This document shows, piece by piece, positions 11,840 through 23,250 of a stretch of 64,000 nucleotides of DNA. A program made the translations under genes and the position numbers. Source of the DNA: Hypanus sabinus (taxonomy: Eukaryota). Below the pieces are notes generated by a model, which was not told the origin of the DNA, ran no database searches, and saw nothing but the letters and a program-made list of their open reading frames with translations. Within the stretch, counting starts at the first letter, position 1; every line of letters begins with the position of its first letter. The stretch spans positions 43,090,001 through 43,154,000 of the forward strand of contig NC_082721.1 in assembly GCF_030144855.1 (NCBI RefSeq), in the 5' to 3' direction.

Positions 11840-14800
11840 AAGAGGCTGAGAGTGAAGGAGTAAAGAAATCGCGAAGAGAAGTCATTTTTTTTACACTGCT
11901 TAGGGAAAAGACGCCGGACTGCGCAAACTTGTGACGTAGAGTGCCAAAGGTTTAGAAAGAAGACCACCATATACAGCAGGCAGTGTTGAGAGTGGGCAGA
12001 GGAGTGAGAGGGAGCGCAGTGGGACAGCTTTGGCTCAACAGGCTTCGGTGTGAACAGGCAGAGGCGAGGGTAGGTTACGGGAAGTTTTGTTTTGTTGGTT
12101 TAGAGTAGAGAGAATGCTAGACAGGATGTTGGAATGCTCCTCTTGCAGGATGTGGGATGTCAGGGAGACTTTTGGTGTCTCTGACAATGACGCCTGCAGG
12201 AAGTGCATCCAGTTGCAGCTCCTAGCAAACTGCGTTAGGGAACTGGAGCAGGAGTTGCATGACTTCCGGATCATTTGGGAGAATGAGGAGTTTATAGATA
12301 GTAGTTTCAGGGAGGTAGTTATGCCAAAGGAGCAATGCACAGGTAATTGGGTTACCGTCAGGCGAGGGAAGAGGAAAGGGCAGGCAGAGCAGGGTTCACC
12401 TGTGGCCATTCCCCTCAACAACAAGTCTACCAATTTGGATACTGTTGGGGAGGGGATGACTTACCTGGGACAAGCTGCGGCAGCTGGATCTCTGGTACTG
12501 AGTCTGGTTCTGCAGTGTAGAAGGGAGGGTGGAAGAAGAGGAGAGCGGTAGTGATAGGGGACTCGATAGTAGGAGGTACAGACAGGAGGTTCTGTGGTCG
12601 TGACAGAGACTCCTGGATGGTTTGTTGCCTCCCAGGTGCCAGGGTCAGAGATGTCTCTGATCATGAGCACAGCATTCTGAATATAAGGGTGATCAGCCAG
12701 ATGTCGTGGTACACATCGGTACCAATGACGTAGGAAGAAAGAGTGAGGAGGTCCTGAAGAGTGAATATAAAGAGCTTGGTGGAAGTTAAAAAGCAGGACC
12801 TTAGGGGTGGTAATCTCAGGATTGCTACCTGTGCCATGTGCCAGTGAGGGTAAGAATAGGATGCTCTGGAGGATGAACACGTGGCTGAGGAACTGATGTA
12901 GGGGGCAGTGTTTCAGACTTCAGGATCACTGGGACCTCTTCTGGGGCAGATGGGACCTGTACAAGGGACAGATTACACCTGAACTACAAGGGGACCAATA
13001 TGCTTGCAGGGAGGTTTGTTAATGCTATTGGGGAGGGTTTAAACTAGATTTGCAGGGGGGTGGGGACCAGAGTGCCAGAGCAGATAGTGGAGCGCGGGTG
13101 AAAGTAAATGATGTTATATTTGGCCCAAAACGTTGTCACTACCTCCTCCCATAGATGCTGTCCGGCCTGCTGAGTTCTGACAGCATTTTGTGTTCTTATA
13201 TACCTCAAGAATGGTTGAAAAGAGATAAATATTTAATGAATATATTGTTGGTGGCTGGTAAAAAGACTCTTACTAGGAAATGGTTATCACAGGAGAGCCC
13301 AACTTTAAATACATGGATGGAAATTACAATGGACATTTATAAAATGGAGAAGATAACAGCATCTGTTAACCATAAGCTGGAACAATTTGATTCATACTGG
13401 GAAAAATGGTTTAACTACATAATGCCCCATAGGCCTGATTTTATTCTCACAAATCAATGATTATGTTGTAAAAAAAAGATCACTCCCTACTTGTACATAG
13501 TTCTTTCCTTTTGCTTGTTTTTCCTTTCCACTTTTTTCTATAAGTGTATACCTGAGATAAATACTTTGTGGAGATTTGTGATATATATGATTATATGATA
13601 TATATGTACAATGTCTGAAATACTTATGGAAATGTTTGTTTGATGATGAACTTCAATAAAAAATTACAATAAAAAAGAAAATAATTGATGTTAAAAGTTC
13701 ATGCACAGTCACAAATAGAGGGGTTGTGTGTGGTGGTATTAATCTTCTGAGGTGTGTCTATTTCAATGCAAGGAGTATTGTGGGGAAGGCTGATGAGCTG
13801 AGGGCGTGGATTGACACATGGAATTGCAATATTATAGCCATTAGTGAAACTTGGCTACATGAGAAGCAGAACTGGCAGCTTAATGATCCAGGGCTCTGAT
13901 GTTTCAGACTTGATAGAGGCTTGATAGACTTGAATGAAGGGTGGGGGGGGGGGGGGTGTGGTGGCATTGATAGTTAAGGAAAATGTTACAGCAGTGCTCA
14001 GGCAGGTCAGATTCGAGGGCTTGTCTACCAAGGCCATATGGGTGGAGCTGGGAAACAGGAAAGCTATGACCACATTAATGGTGTTCTATTATAGACCAAC
14101 CAATAGTCAGCGTGAATTGGAGGAGCAAATCTGCAGAAAGATAGCAGACAACTGCAGGAAACATAAAGATGTGATAGTAGGGGATTTTAATTTTCCACAT
14201 ACTGATTGGGACTCCCATACTCCTAAAGATCTAGATGGGTTAGAGTTTGTAAAATGTGTTCTAGAAAGTTTTCTAAATCAGTATATAGAGGTACCAACTA
14301 GAGAGGATGCAATATTAGATCTCCTATTAGGAAACAAGTTAGGACAAGTGACAGAAGTGTGTGTAGGGGAACACTTCGGGTCCAGTATCATAACACCATT
14401 AGTTTCAACTTGATCATGGATAAAGACAGATCTACTCCTCCGGTTGAGGTTCTAAACTGGAAAAAGGCCAAATTTGAAAAAAATGAGAAAGGATCTAAAA
14501 AGTGTGGATTGGGACCAGTTGTTCTCTGGCAAGGATGTGATTGGTAAGTGGGAGGCCATCAAAGGAGAAATTTCCTGTCAGGATTAAAGGCAAAGTAAAT
14601 AAGATTAAGGAACCTTGGATCTCAAGGGATATTGGAACTCTGATAAAGAAAACCAGAGAGATGTATGACATGTAAAGGAAACAGGGAGCAAATGAGGTGC
14701 TTGAAGAGTATAAAAAATGCAAAAAAAATCTTAAGAAAGACATCAGGAGGGCTAAAAGAAGACATGAGGTTGCTTAGGCAGTCAAGGTGAAGGATAACCC

Positions 14801-16627
14801 AAAGAACTTCTACAGGTATATTAAGAGCAAAAGGATAGTAAGAAATAAAATTGGTCCTCTTGAAGATCAGAGTGGTTGGCTATGATATGGAACCAAACGA
14901 AATGGGGGAAATCTTAAATGGGATTTTTGCATCTGTATTTACTAAGAAAACTGGCATGGAGTCAATGGAAATAAGGCAAACAAGTAGTGAGGTCATGCAA
15001 CCTATACAGATTGAAGAGGAGGAGGTGCTTGCTGTCTTGAGGCAAATCAGAGTAGATAAATCCCCAGGACCTGACAGGGTATTCCCTTGGACCTGAAAGG
15101 AGACTAATTTTGAAATTGTAGGGGCCCTGCAGATATATTTAAAATGTCAGTATCTACAGGTAAGGTGCTGGAGGATTGGAGGATAGCTCATGTTGTTCTG
15201 TTGTTTAAAAAAGGCTGTGAAAGTAATCTGGGAAATTATAGGCTGCTAAGTTTGATGTTGGGAGTAGGTAAATTATTGGAAGGAGTACTAAGAGATAGGA
15301 TCTACAAGTATTTGGATAGACAGGGACTTATTAGGGAGAGTCAACATGGCTTTGTGCATGGTAGGTCATGTTTAACAAATCTATTAGAGTTTTTCGAGGA
15401 GGTTACCAGGAAAGTGGATGAAGGGAAGGCAGTGGATGTTGTCTACAGGGACTTCAGTAAGGCCTTTGACAAGGTCCCGCATGGGAGGTTAGTTGGGAAG
15501 ATTCAATCGCTAAGTATACATGGTGAGGTGGTAAATTAGATTAGACATTGGCTCAATGGTAGAAGTCAGAGTGTGGAAGTGGAGGATTGCTTCTCTGAGT
15601 GGAGGCCCTTGATTAGTGGTGTGCCACGGGGATCAGTGCTGGGTTCATTGTTATTTGTCATCTATATCAATGATCTGGTCGATAATGTGGTAAATTGGAT
15701 AAGCAAATTTGCTGATGATACAAAGATTGGAGGTGTAGTGAGGAAGGTTTTCAAAGCTTGCAGTGGGATTTGGACCAGCTGGAAAAATGGGCTGAAAATG
15801 GCAGATGGAGTTTAATACAGACAAGTGTGAGGTATAGCACTCTGGAAGGAAAAATCAAGGAAACACATACAAGGTAAATGGTAGGGCACTGATGAGTGCT
15901 GTAGAACAGAGGGATCTAGGAATACAGATAGAAAATTCCCTAAAAGTGGTGTCACAGGTAGATAGTGTAGTAAAGAGAGCTTTTGGTACATTGGCCTTTA
16001 TAAATCAAAGCATTGAGTATAAGAGATGGAATGTTATGGTGAGGTTGTATAAGGCATTGGTGAGGCCGAATTTGGAGTATTTTGTGCAGTTTTGGTCACC
16101 AAATTACAGAAAAGATAATAATAAGGTTGAAAGAGTGCAGAGAAGGTTTACAAGGATGTTGCCGGGACTTGAGAAACTGAGTTACAGAGAAAGGTTGAAT
16201 AGGTTAGTGTTTTATTCCCTAGAGCATAGAAGAATGAGGGGAGATTTGATAGAGGCATATAAAATTATGTTGGGTATAGACAGAGTGAAAGAAAGCAGGC
16301 TATTTCCACTGAGGCTAGGGGAGAAAAGAAAAACAGAGGACATGGGTTAAAGGTGAAGGGGGAAACATTTAAAGGGAACATTAGGGGGGACTTCTTCACA
16401 CAGAAAGTGGTGGGAATGTGGTATGAGCTACCAGATGAAGTTGTAAATGCGGGCTCACTTTTAACATTTAAGAAAAACTTGGACAGGTACATAGATGAGA
16501 GGTGTATGGAGGGATATGGTCCAGGTGCAGGTCAGTGGGACTAGGCAGAAAAATGGATTGACACAGCCCAGAAAGGCCAAAAGGCCTGTTTCTGTGCTGT
16601 AATGTTCTATGGTTCTATGCTTCTATG
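11840..16627 (+). mobile_element. CR1 element B, near full length, decayed
   Basis: 5' UTR, ORF1 (CSSCRMW zinc finger 12087-12551; IGDSIVGG esterase from 12551), ORF2 endonuclease and RT fragments (13934-16350), (TTCTATG)n tail at about 16605-16627. Confidence 0.85.
13117..13685 (+). mobile_element. Penelope terminal-repeat fragment fused to an L1 3' end
   Basis: PLE tail at about 13117-13196, L1 ORF2 C-terminus (..KKTLTRKWL...WEKW), 3' UTR and A-tail; TGATGTTA duplicated at 13109-13116 and 13686-13693. Confidence 0.75.
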
Positions 16628-19600
16628 GGAGGCAGATTCTGGAAAGGTGTAATAATTACAGGGTTGTCGTGGTGGGAGATTTTAATTTCCCAAATATCGA
16701 TTGGCATCTTCCTAGAGCAAGGGGTTTTGATGGGGTGGTGTTCATTCGGTGTGTTCAAGAAGGTTTCTTGGCACAATGTGTAGATACGCCTAAAAGAGGA
16801 AAGGCTCTACTTGATCTGGTATTGGGAAATGAACCTGGTCAGGTGTCAGATATCTCAGTGGAAGAGCATTCTGGGGATAGTGATCATGAGAGATATGAGG
16901 CTATCAGGCAGATATCATGCCTGATATCATGCCATATCTCCATGAGATATCATGGAGATATGAGGCTATCAGGCAGGAACTTGGAAGCATAAACTGGGAG
17001 CAGATGTTGTCAGGGAAATGTATGGAAGAAATGCGGCAAATGTTCAGGGGATATTTGTGTGGAGTTCTGCAGAGGTACGTTCCAATGAGACAGGGAAAGG
17101 ATGGAAGAGTACAGCAACCGTGGTGTACAAAAGCTGTAATAAATCTAGTCAAGAAGAAAAGAAGAGCTTATGAAATGGTTCGAAAAACAAGGTAATGTTA
17201 GAGAATTAGAAAATTATAAGGCTAGCAGGAAGGAGCATAAGAAAGAAATTAGGAGAGCCAGAACGGGCCATGAGAAAGCCTTGGCAGACATGATTAAGGA
17301 AAACCCCAAGGCATTCTACAAGCGTGTGAAGAGCAAGAGGATAAGATTTGGGAGAATAGGACCAATCAAGTGTGACACTGGAAAAGTGTGTATGGGACTG
17401 TAGCAGAGGTACTTAATGAGTAGTTTGCTTTAGAATTAATTACAGAAAAGGATCTTGGTGTTTGTAGGGATGACACAGTAGACTGAAAAGCTTGAGCATG
17501 CAGATATTAAGAAAGAGGATATGCTGGAAATTTTGGAAAGTATCATGTTAGATAAGTCACTGGGACTGGCTGAGATGTACCCCAGGCTACTGTGAAGGTA
17601 GAGCAGTAGATGTAGTATATATGGATTTCAGCAAGGGATTTGACAAGGTACCCCGCGCAAGGCTTATTGAGAAAGTAAGGAGGCATGGGAGGCAAGGGGG
17701 CATTGCTTTGTGGATCCAGAAGTGACTTGCCCACAGAAGGCAATGAGTGTTTGCAGACTGATCATATTCTGCATGGAGTTCAGTGACCAGTGGTGTGTCT
17801 CAGGGATCTGTTCTGGGACCCCTGCTCTTTGTGATCTTTCTCAATAACCTGGACGAAGAAGTGAAGGGATGGGTTAGCAAATTTGCTGATGACACAAAGG
17901 TTGGGGTTGTTGTGGATACTGTGGAGGGCTGTCAGAAGTTACAGTGGGACATTGATATGATGCAAAACAGGGCTGAGAACTGGCAGATGGAGTTCAACCC
18001 AGTTAAGTATGAGATGGTTCATTCTAGCAGGTCAAATATGATAGCAGAATGTAGTATTAATAGTAAGTCTCTTGGCAGTGTGGAGGATCAGAGGGATCTT
18101 GGGGTCCATGTCCATAGGACACTCAAAGTTGCTGCACAGGTTGACTCTGTGGTTAAGAAAACATACAGTGCATTGGCCTTCATCAATCATTTGATTGATT
18201 TTAGGAGCCGAGAGGTAATGTTGCAGCTGTATAGGACCCTGGTCAGACCCTACTTGGAGTACTGTGCACAGTTCTGGTTGCCTCCCCGCAGGAGGGATGT
18301 GGAAACCATAGGAGGGGTGCAGGGGAGATTTACAAGAATGTTGCCTGGATTGGGGAGGATGCCTTAAGAGAATAGGAATTCAGCCTTTTTTCCTTGGATG
18401 AGAGGTGACTTTATAAAGGAGGAGGAGATGATACGAGGCATTAAACTTTTGGATAGTCAGCTGCTTTTTTTCCAGTGCTGGAATGGCTAGCACGAGAGGG
18501 TACAGTTTTAAGGTGCTTGGAAGTAGGTAGTGAGGAGATATCAGGGGTAAGTTTTTTACTCAGAGAGTGGTGAATGCATGCAATGGGCTGCTGGCGATGG
18601 TGGTGAAGGCAGATACAATAGGGCCTTTTAAGAGACTCCTGCACAGGCACATGGAGCTCAGAAACATTGAGCACAATGTGTTCCCGAGGTAATTTCTAAG
18701 TTAAGAACATGTTTGGCACAGCTTTGTGGGCTGAAGGGCCTGAATTGAGCTGTAGGTGTTTTGCGTTATGTGTTTCTGTGAGTTCACCAGGAAGGCCAGT
18801 TCTCATAACTACCCAGTGACTACCCTGGTACCTCAGTCCGATAACCAACAGAGATTCCACATTCATCTCTGGAATATCCCATGGAACTTGGAAGAGCCCA
18901 GGTCTCCCCAGCAGAGCGAGAGTGATGTATGAGGTAGAGATGTTGATTACACTGTGGGACGACTGACCATTTCTGAGTTACCTGCTCTGAGCTGTTGGGA
19001 AACTCCAAGGACCATCCAGTGAGGGAGGAACTGTAATGGTTAATATCAAGACTTTCTCCCACTTTGTTGAGTTCCTGAGTGGTTTTACCATCGCTATTAT
19101 CTTAGGGGCATAAGTATTCTGTGAGAGCCTTGGTCATCTCTGGTTCAGCAGGGAATACTTTGGACATCAGACTGGCAGACAAAATCCAGTTTCCTACGAA
19201 TCACTCAATCATCCTATGTCTGCTGTGACCCTGGATAGTAGACCATCCTTGGTTATCCATGGTTACATCTTTATAATAATTGTATTAACTGGTGATCTGA
19301 CACCATTCAGAGCTGCTCGACCCTATGCTAGGATCAGTGTCTTCCTTGAGGTTCTGAGACACCTTCTCCTGCTTCCAAGAGGCCTACCTGATTCTGTTGA
19401 GTGAAATATAGTTCTAGAAGGATGTGAATGTATTTGGTGGATCATCAAATGCATTGATGACTGTGGTTCAGTATACGCAATTGGAAATCATAGATGGGAT
19501 CATTGAAAACTTGATTAATGATGACTGCATAATGGATATAGAAAGAGTGACAGTTTTGACCAATATGACTGATTGGCTTTGATGGCCCCTTGCCAATAAC

Positions 19601-20091
19601 ATTAATAAGTGGATAATTGGTTTCCTGAAATGTTCGGCCACTGTGAAAAAGTTCAGCATTTTAATTGAAGTCCCATTTTCAATAATTCATTGGGTGCTAT
19701 GAAGGAGCTTTTACCCAGTTGTAAGAGCAGGAGCACTTCTGTGCTGAAATAACTTGCCGAGCTTTTTCCCAGGGCTGAAATGGCTAACACTCAGGGGCAT
19801 AGTTTCAAGGTGCTTGGAAATAGGTACAACAGGGATGCCAGATGCAAGTTTTTTACCTAGAGAGCGGTGGGTGTGTGGAATGCACTGCTCGTGATACAAT
19901 GCATTCCATGATATCAACCGCCAAAGAAGAGTCCAACTGTCATATGTGTTGTTGACAACAAATATCTGAATTTGTGCACTGCATGATCTTTTGCTTTTCA
20001 GCCTTCCCTGACCTATACTATTCTGTCATACAAGCACTAAAGGATTTACCAATTCCAAATGAAGTAAAACAAAACAGCTACTGTCAGAAGC

Positions 20092-20323
20092 AAACACGAG
20101 GAAATCTGCAGATGCTGGAAATTCAAGCAACACACACAAAATGCTGGTGGAACACAGCAGGCTAGGCAGCATCTATATGGAGAAGCACTGTCGACGTTTT
20201 GGGCCGAGATCCTTCATCAGGATGAAGAGTCCTGACAAAGGGTCTCGGCCCGAAATGTCGACAGTGCTTCTCCTTATAGATGCTGCCTGGCCTGCTGTGT
20301 TCCACCAGCATTTTGTGTGTGTT
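20092..20323. mobile_element. Fold-back (palindromic) Penelope terminal-repeat element
   Basis: About 94-bp inverted arms 20129-20222 / 20230-20323 with a 7-nt spacer; possible TSD TGTCAGAA. Confidence 0.85.
20227..20264 (+). ncRNA. Minimal type-I hammerhead ribozyme relic (second copy on the - strand at about 20188-20225)
   Basis: GTC-CTGACAA-A-GGG-TCTCGG-CCC-GAAATGTC-GAC. The inferred ancestral form is CTGA(C/T)GA-A-stemII-GAAACGTC; most deviations are CpG-type transitions. Confidence 0.65.
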
Positions 20324-21667
20324 ACTGTGTCAGAATGTGGGAATGTCACAAAATAGTACATTGGAAGCTTTGTACTCTGGAATTGTTACAAGATCGGATG
20401 CAGGAAAGATAGGACTTGCTGATCTGGGCAATACCCACTACATGATGAGAGTCATTCAGGTCCTTTTCATGTTTTATGACTTCAGTCGTGTTGTTTTGCT
20501 ACTCAAGGAGAGTGAATCACAGTCATTAATGATGAAACTTCAATGGTTGTTTGTTATCCTGGAATATAGCCAGAGATCTGGCATTCTCCCAGCATCTTCT
20601 TCAAAGCTTCATCTCTTTCATGGTTGAATCAAGGTGTGCAACAAGGACTTCAGAGCATATAAGATATCTATTGGAAAGCTAGAAGAGGAGGAGTAGACCT
20701 GTAACGGAATTCTCATGGACAGAGACATTCACACAGTGAACCTCGTACAGAATTTTGAGATTTTGAGATTTAAAAGAAACAAAAATAGAAAGAATGCTGG
20801 AGGGGGTGGGGAATGGTGACTAGGATCCTTTGTCATTGTTATAATGTTTCCTTCTGATCTGTCCCTAACATTTCTGTCACCTAACAAGTTCCTATAAATG
20901 TGTGGTCATTCAGGTGTCTCTAATATTTCATTACACCAGAAATGGTGCCAGGTGATAACAGATAATTAAATGTAGGAAAAAAGGTGAAATTGACAGTTCT
21001 GAGGAAATCAGGATATAGTATTGATGCATATGTCAATGTAATGGAAAAAGTTGGGGAGGGATGCATGAGTAAGTTTGGACTGAGGACTGATCCACTTAAC
21101 CAACAAGAAGACAGGCATAGCTGGGTGCATTTGAATACTTATCGTTTTGAGCTTCTGGAGTGTTGTTGATGTTGTCCTCATCCAGACAACTGGAGAGCAT
21201 TCCATAACACTACTGACTTGAGCCTTGTCAGTGGTGGACAGGATTTGATGAGTTAGGAGGTGAGGTACTTGCTACAGGGTTCCAACATCTGATCTGCTTT
21301 TGTAGCCATGTTGCGTACTATATGTGGTTACATCTGTATTGTGTGAATGGTAAGACCCATAGTACAAAAATGCCAGTTGGGAACAGGCAGCTGGAAGGCA
21401 TCAAAATGTTGAAGATGAGGTATCCTGGATATATAAAGTTCACAGAGTTGTACAACACAGTACCAAACTCTTTGTCCTAACTGGTCCATGCCAACCAAGT
21501 TAGTCCCATTTGCCGTCACCTAGCCCATAACATTCTGAAAATTTCCAATCCATGTACCTGTCCATCTTTTAAAAGTTGTCAGTGTAAGTGTCTTAACCCC
21601 TTCCTCTGGCTATGCATTTCACAAAGATGCTATACTTTGTGTGTAAAAAAAGTTACCTCTCAAGTTT

Positions 21668-22500
21668 AAAGATTCATGATTCAAGATTGTTAGATTGTTT
21701 AATACCATTTCCTGTGCAGAGTATAAGGGAAAACACAAGAATTGTTACTCTGGATCTGATGCAGCACAAAAGCCCCACAAGAGATAAATAACACATTAAT
21801 AATAATTACAAAAACGCAATTAGTATAAATACATGAGATAGCTTATATTCATTAATTGATTGTCTGTCAATAAAGTGATGCCAGGCTGTACATAAGGTGA
21901 CTGACAAGAATTAAAGAAGAGGTAGAGGGGTTGATCAGAAAGTGACTGCTTCTGAGTCTGGTGATGTTGGTATGGTTGTCATGTAGCTGCTCCCTAATGG
22001 GAGTGGGACAAGCTGTCCAAGGGGAGGGTGGCTAGGAGCCCTTATAATATTACTGACCCCTTTCTGGCACCATTCTGTATATATATCCTTGATGGTGGTT
22101 AGGCTGGTGTTGGTGATGCATTGGGCAGTTTTGAATATCTGTTGTAGAGCCTTCCTGTCCACTGCAGTGGAGCTCCCATAGCAAACAATGATACAGCTTG
22201 TCAGGGTGCTCTGTACTGCACATCTGTAGGATGACGTGACTATGGATGTGCAAAATCCAGCTCTCATTTGCCTCTCCAGAAAGTAAAGGTGTTTATGAGC
22301 TGTTGTGACAGTGTAGGATGTGTTCTTGAAGCAAGTGAATGATGTGGCCTCCCAGGAGTTTGAAACTGCTTCCAGTTTCCACTGCTGTGCTGCCATGTCA
22401 ATGGGATGTACGAGTTCTGCTGAAATTGATCATCTTCTTTGTCTTGCTAACATTTAGGAAAAGGTTATTCACTTAGCAACAGTCTCGACCTCTTCCAATT
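21668..22500 (-). mobile_element. Rex1/Babar-clade LINE 3' part
   Basis: AHKHLYFL...YRCAVQSTLTSCIIVCYGS...RKALQ (21935-22396) with a GATTCAA-type tail. Confidence 0.8.
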
Positions 22501-22559
22501 CCTCTCTGTAGGCTGTCTCAGCACTTGTAGTGATGGGCCCCACCTCGGTCATGTTAGGT

Positions 22560-23250
22560 GTTCTCTCTCAACTTAAATCTATGTACTCTTGTGCTTAATT
22601 CCCCAAAACATGGAAAAAATACAGAGTGCATTCATCCTATCTATGCTCTTCATTGTCTTGTACACTCTCTGTGATCACCTCTCAGTTCTTACCTGACTAA
22701 CCTCTCCGTATAACTCAGTCCCATAAGTTTTGGCAACATGTAACTGTCAGTAACTGCCTTCTTCCTAGTTCAATAATACCTTTTGAATAGCAGGGTAAAC
22801 AACATTGAACTTAATACTGCAAGTGTGACCATTGAAGCATCCTGTACAATCGCACCATGGCCTCCCAACTGTTATACTAATTGCTGTGAGTGATGGTCCA
22901 ATGTGCTAAAAGTCTTCTTTACCACTCAACCTACTTGTGACTCCACTTTCGGTTAAGCTTGTACTTGCTCTACAAGGTTCCTCTCCTCACCATCACTCCA
23001 TACTGTGGAAGTTCGACCTAGATTTGATCTTGCAAAATGCAATGCCTTGCACTTATCCAAATTAAACTCTAATTGGCATTCTTCATCTCACTTTCCCAGC
23101 TGATCAAGCTGCCCTTGTAATTGTTAATGATCTTCTTCATTATTTACTATTGATTATGTCTTGTATGTTCTTATTCAAATTGTTCTTATAGTTGACAAAC
23201 ATCAATGGGTCCAGCACCATCCCTTGAGGCACAGCATTAGTCATAAGAAA
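22560..23250 (-). mobile_element. Old CR1 fragment (paralog at about 58270-59480)
   Basis: Reverse-strand CR1 RT and 3' sequence, heavily decayed. Confidence 0.6.

Larger units (their letters stand above)
8650..18780 (+). mobile_element. CR1 element A, near full length, interrupted by hAT (8810-10396) and CR1 B (about 11840-16627)
   Basis: ORF1 Cys-finger and GDS..GTN..LHLN esterase remnants at 10430-11330, endonuclease start at 11480-11838 that resumes at 16628, RT fragments at 17783-18367, 3' UTR to about 18780. Confidence 0.8.
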
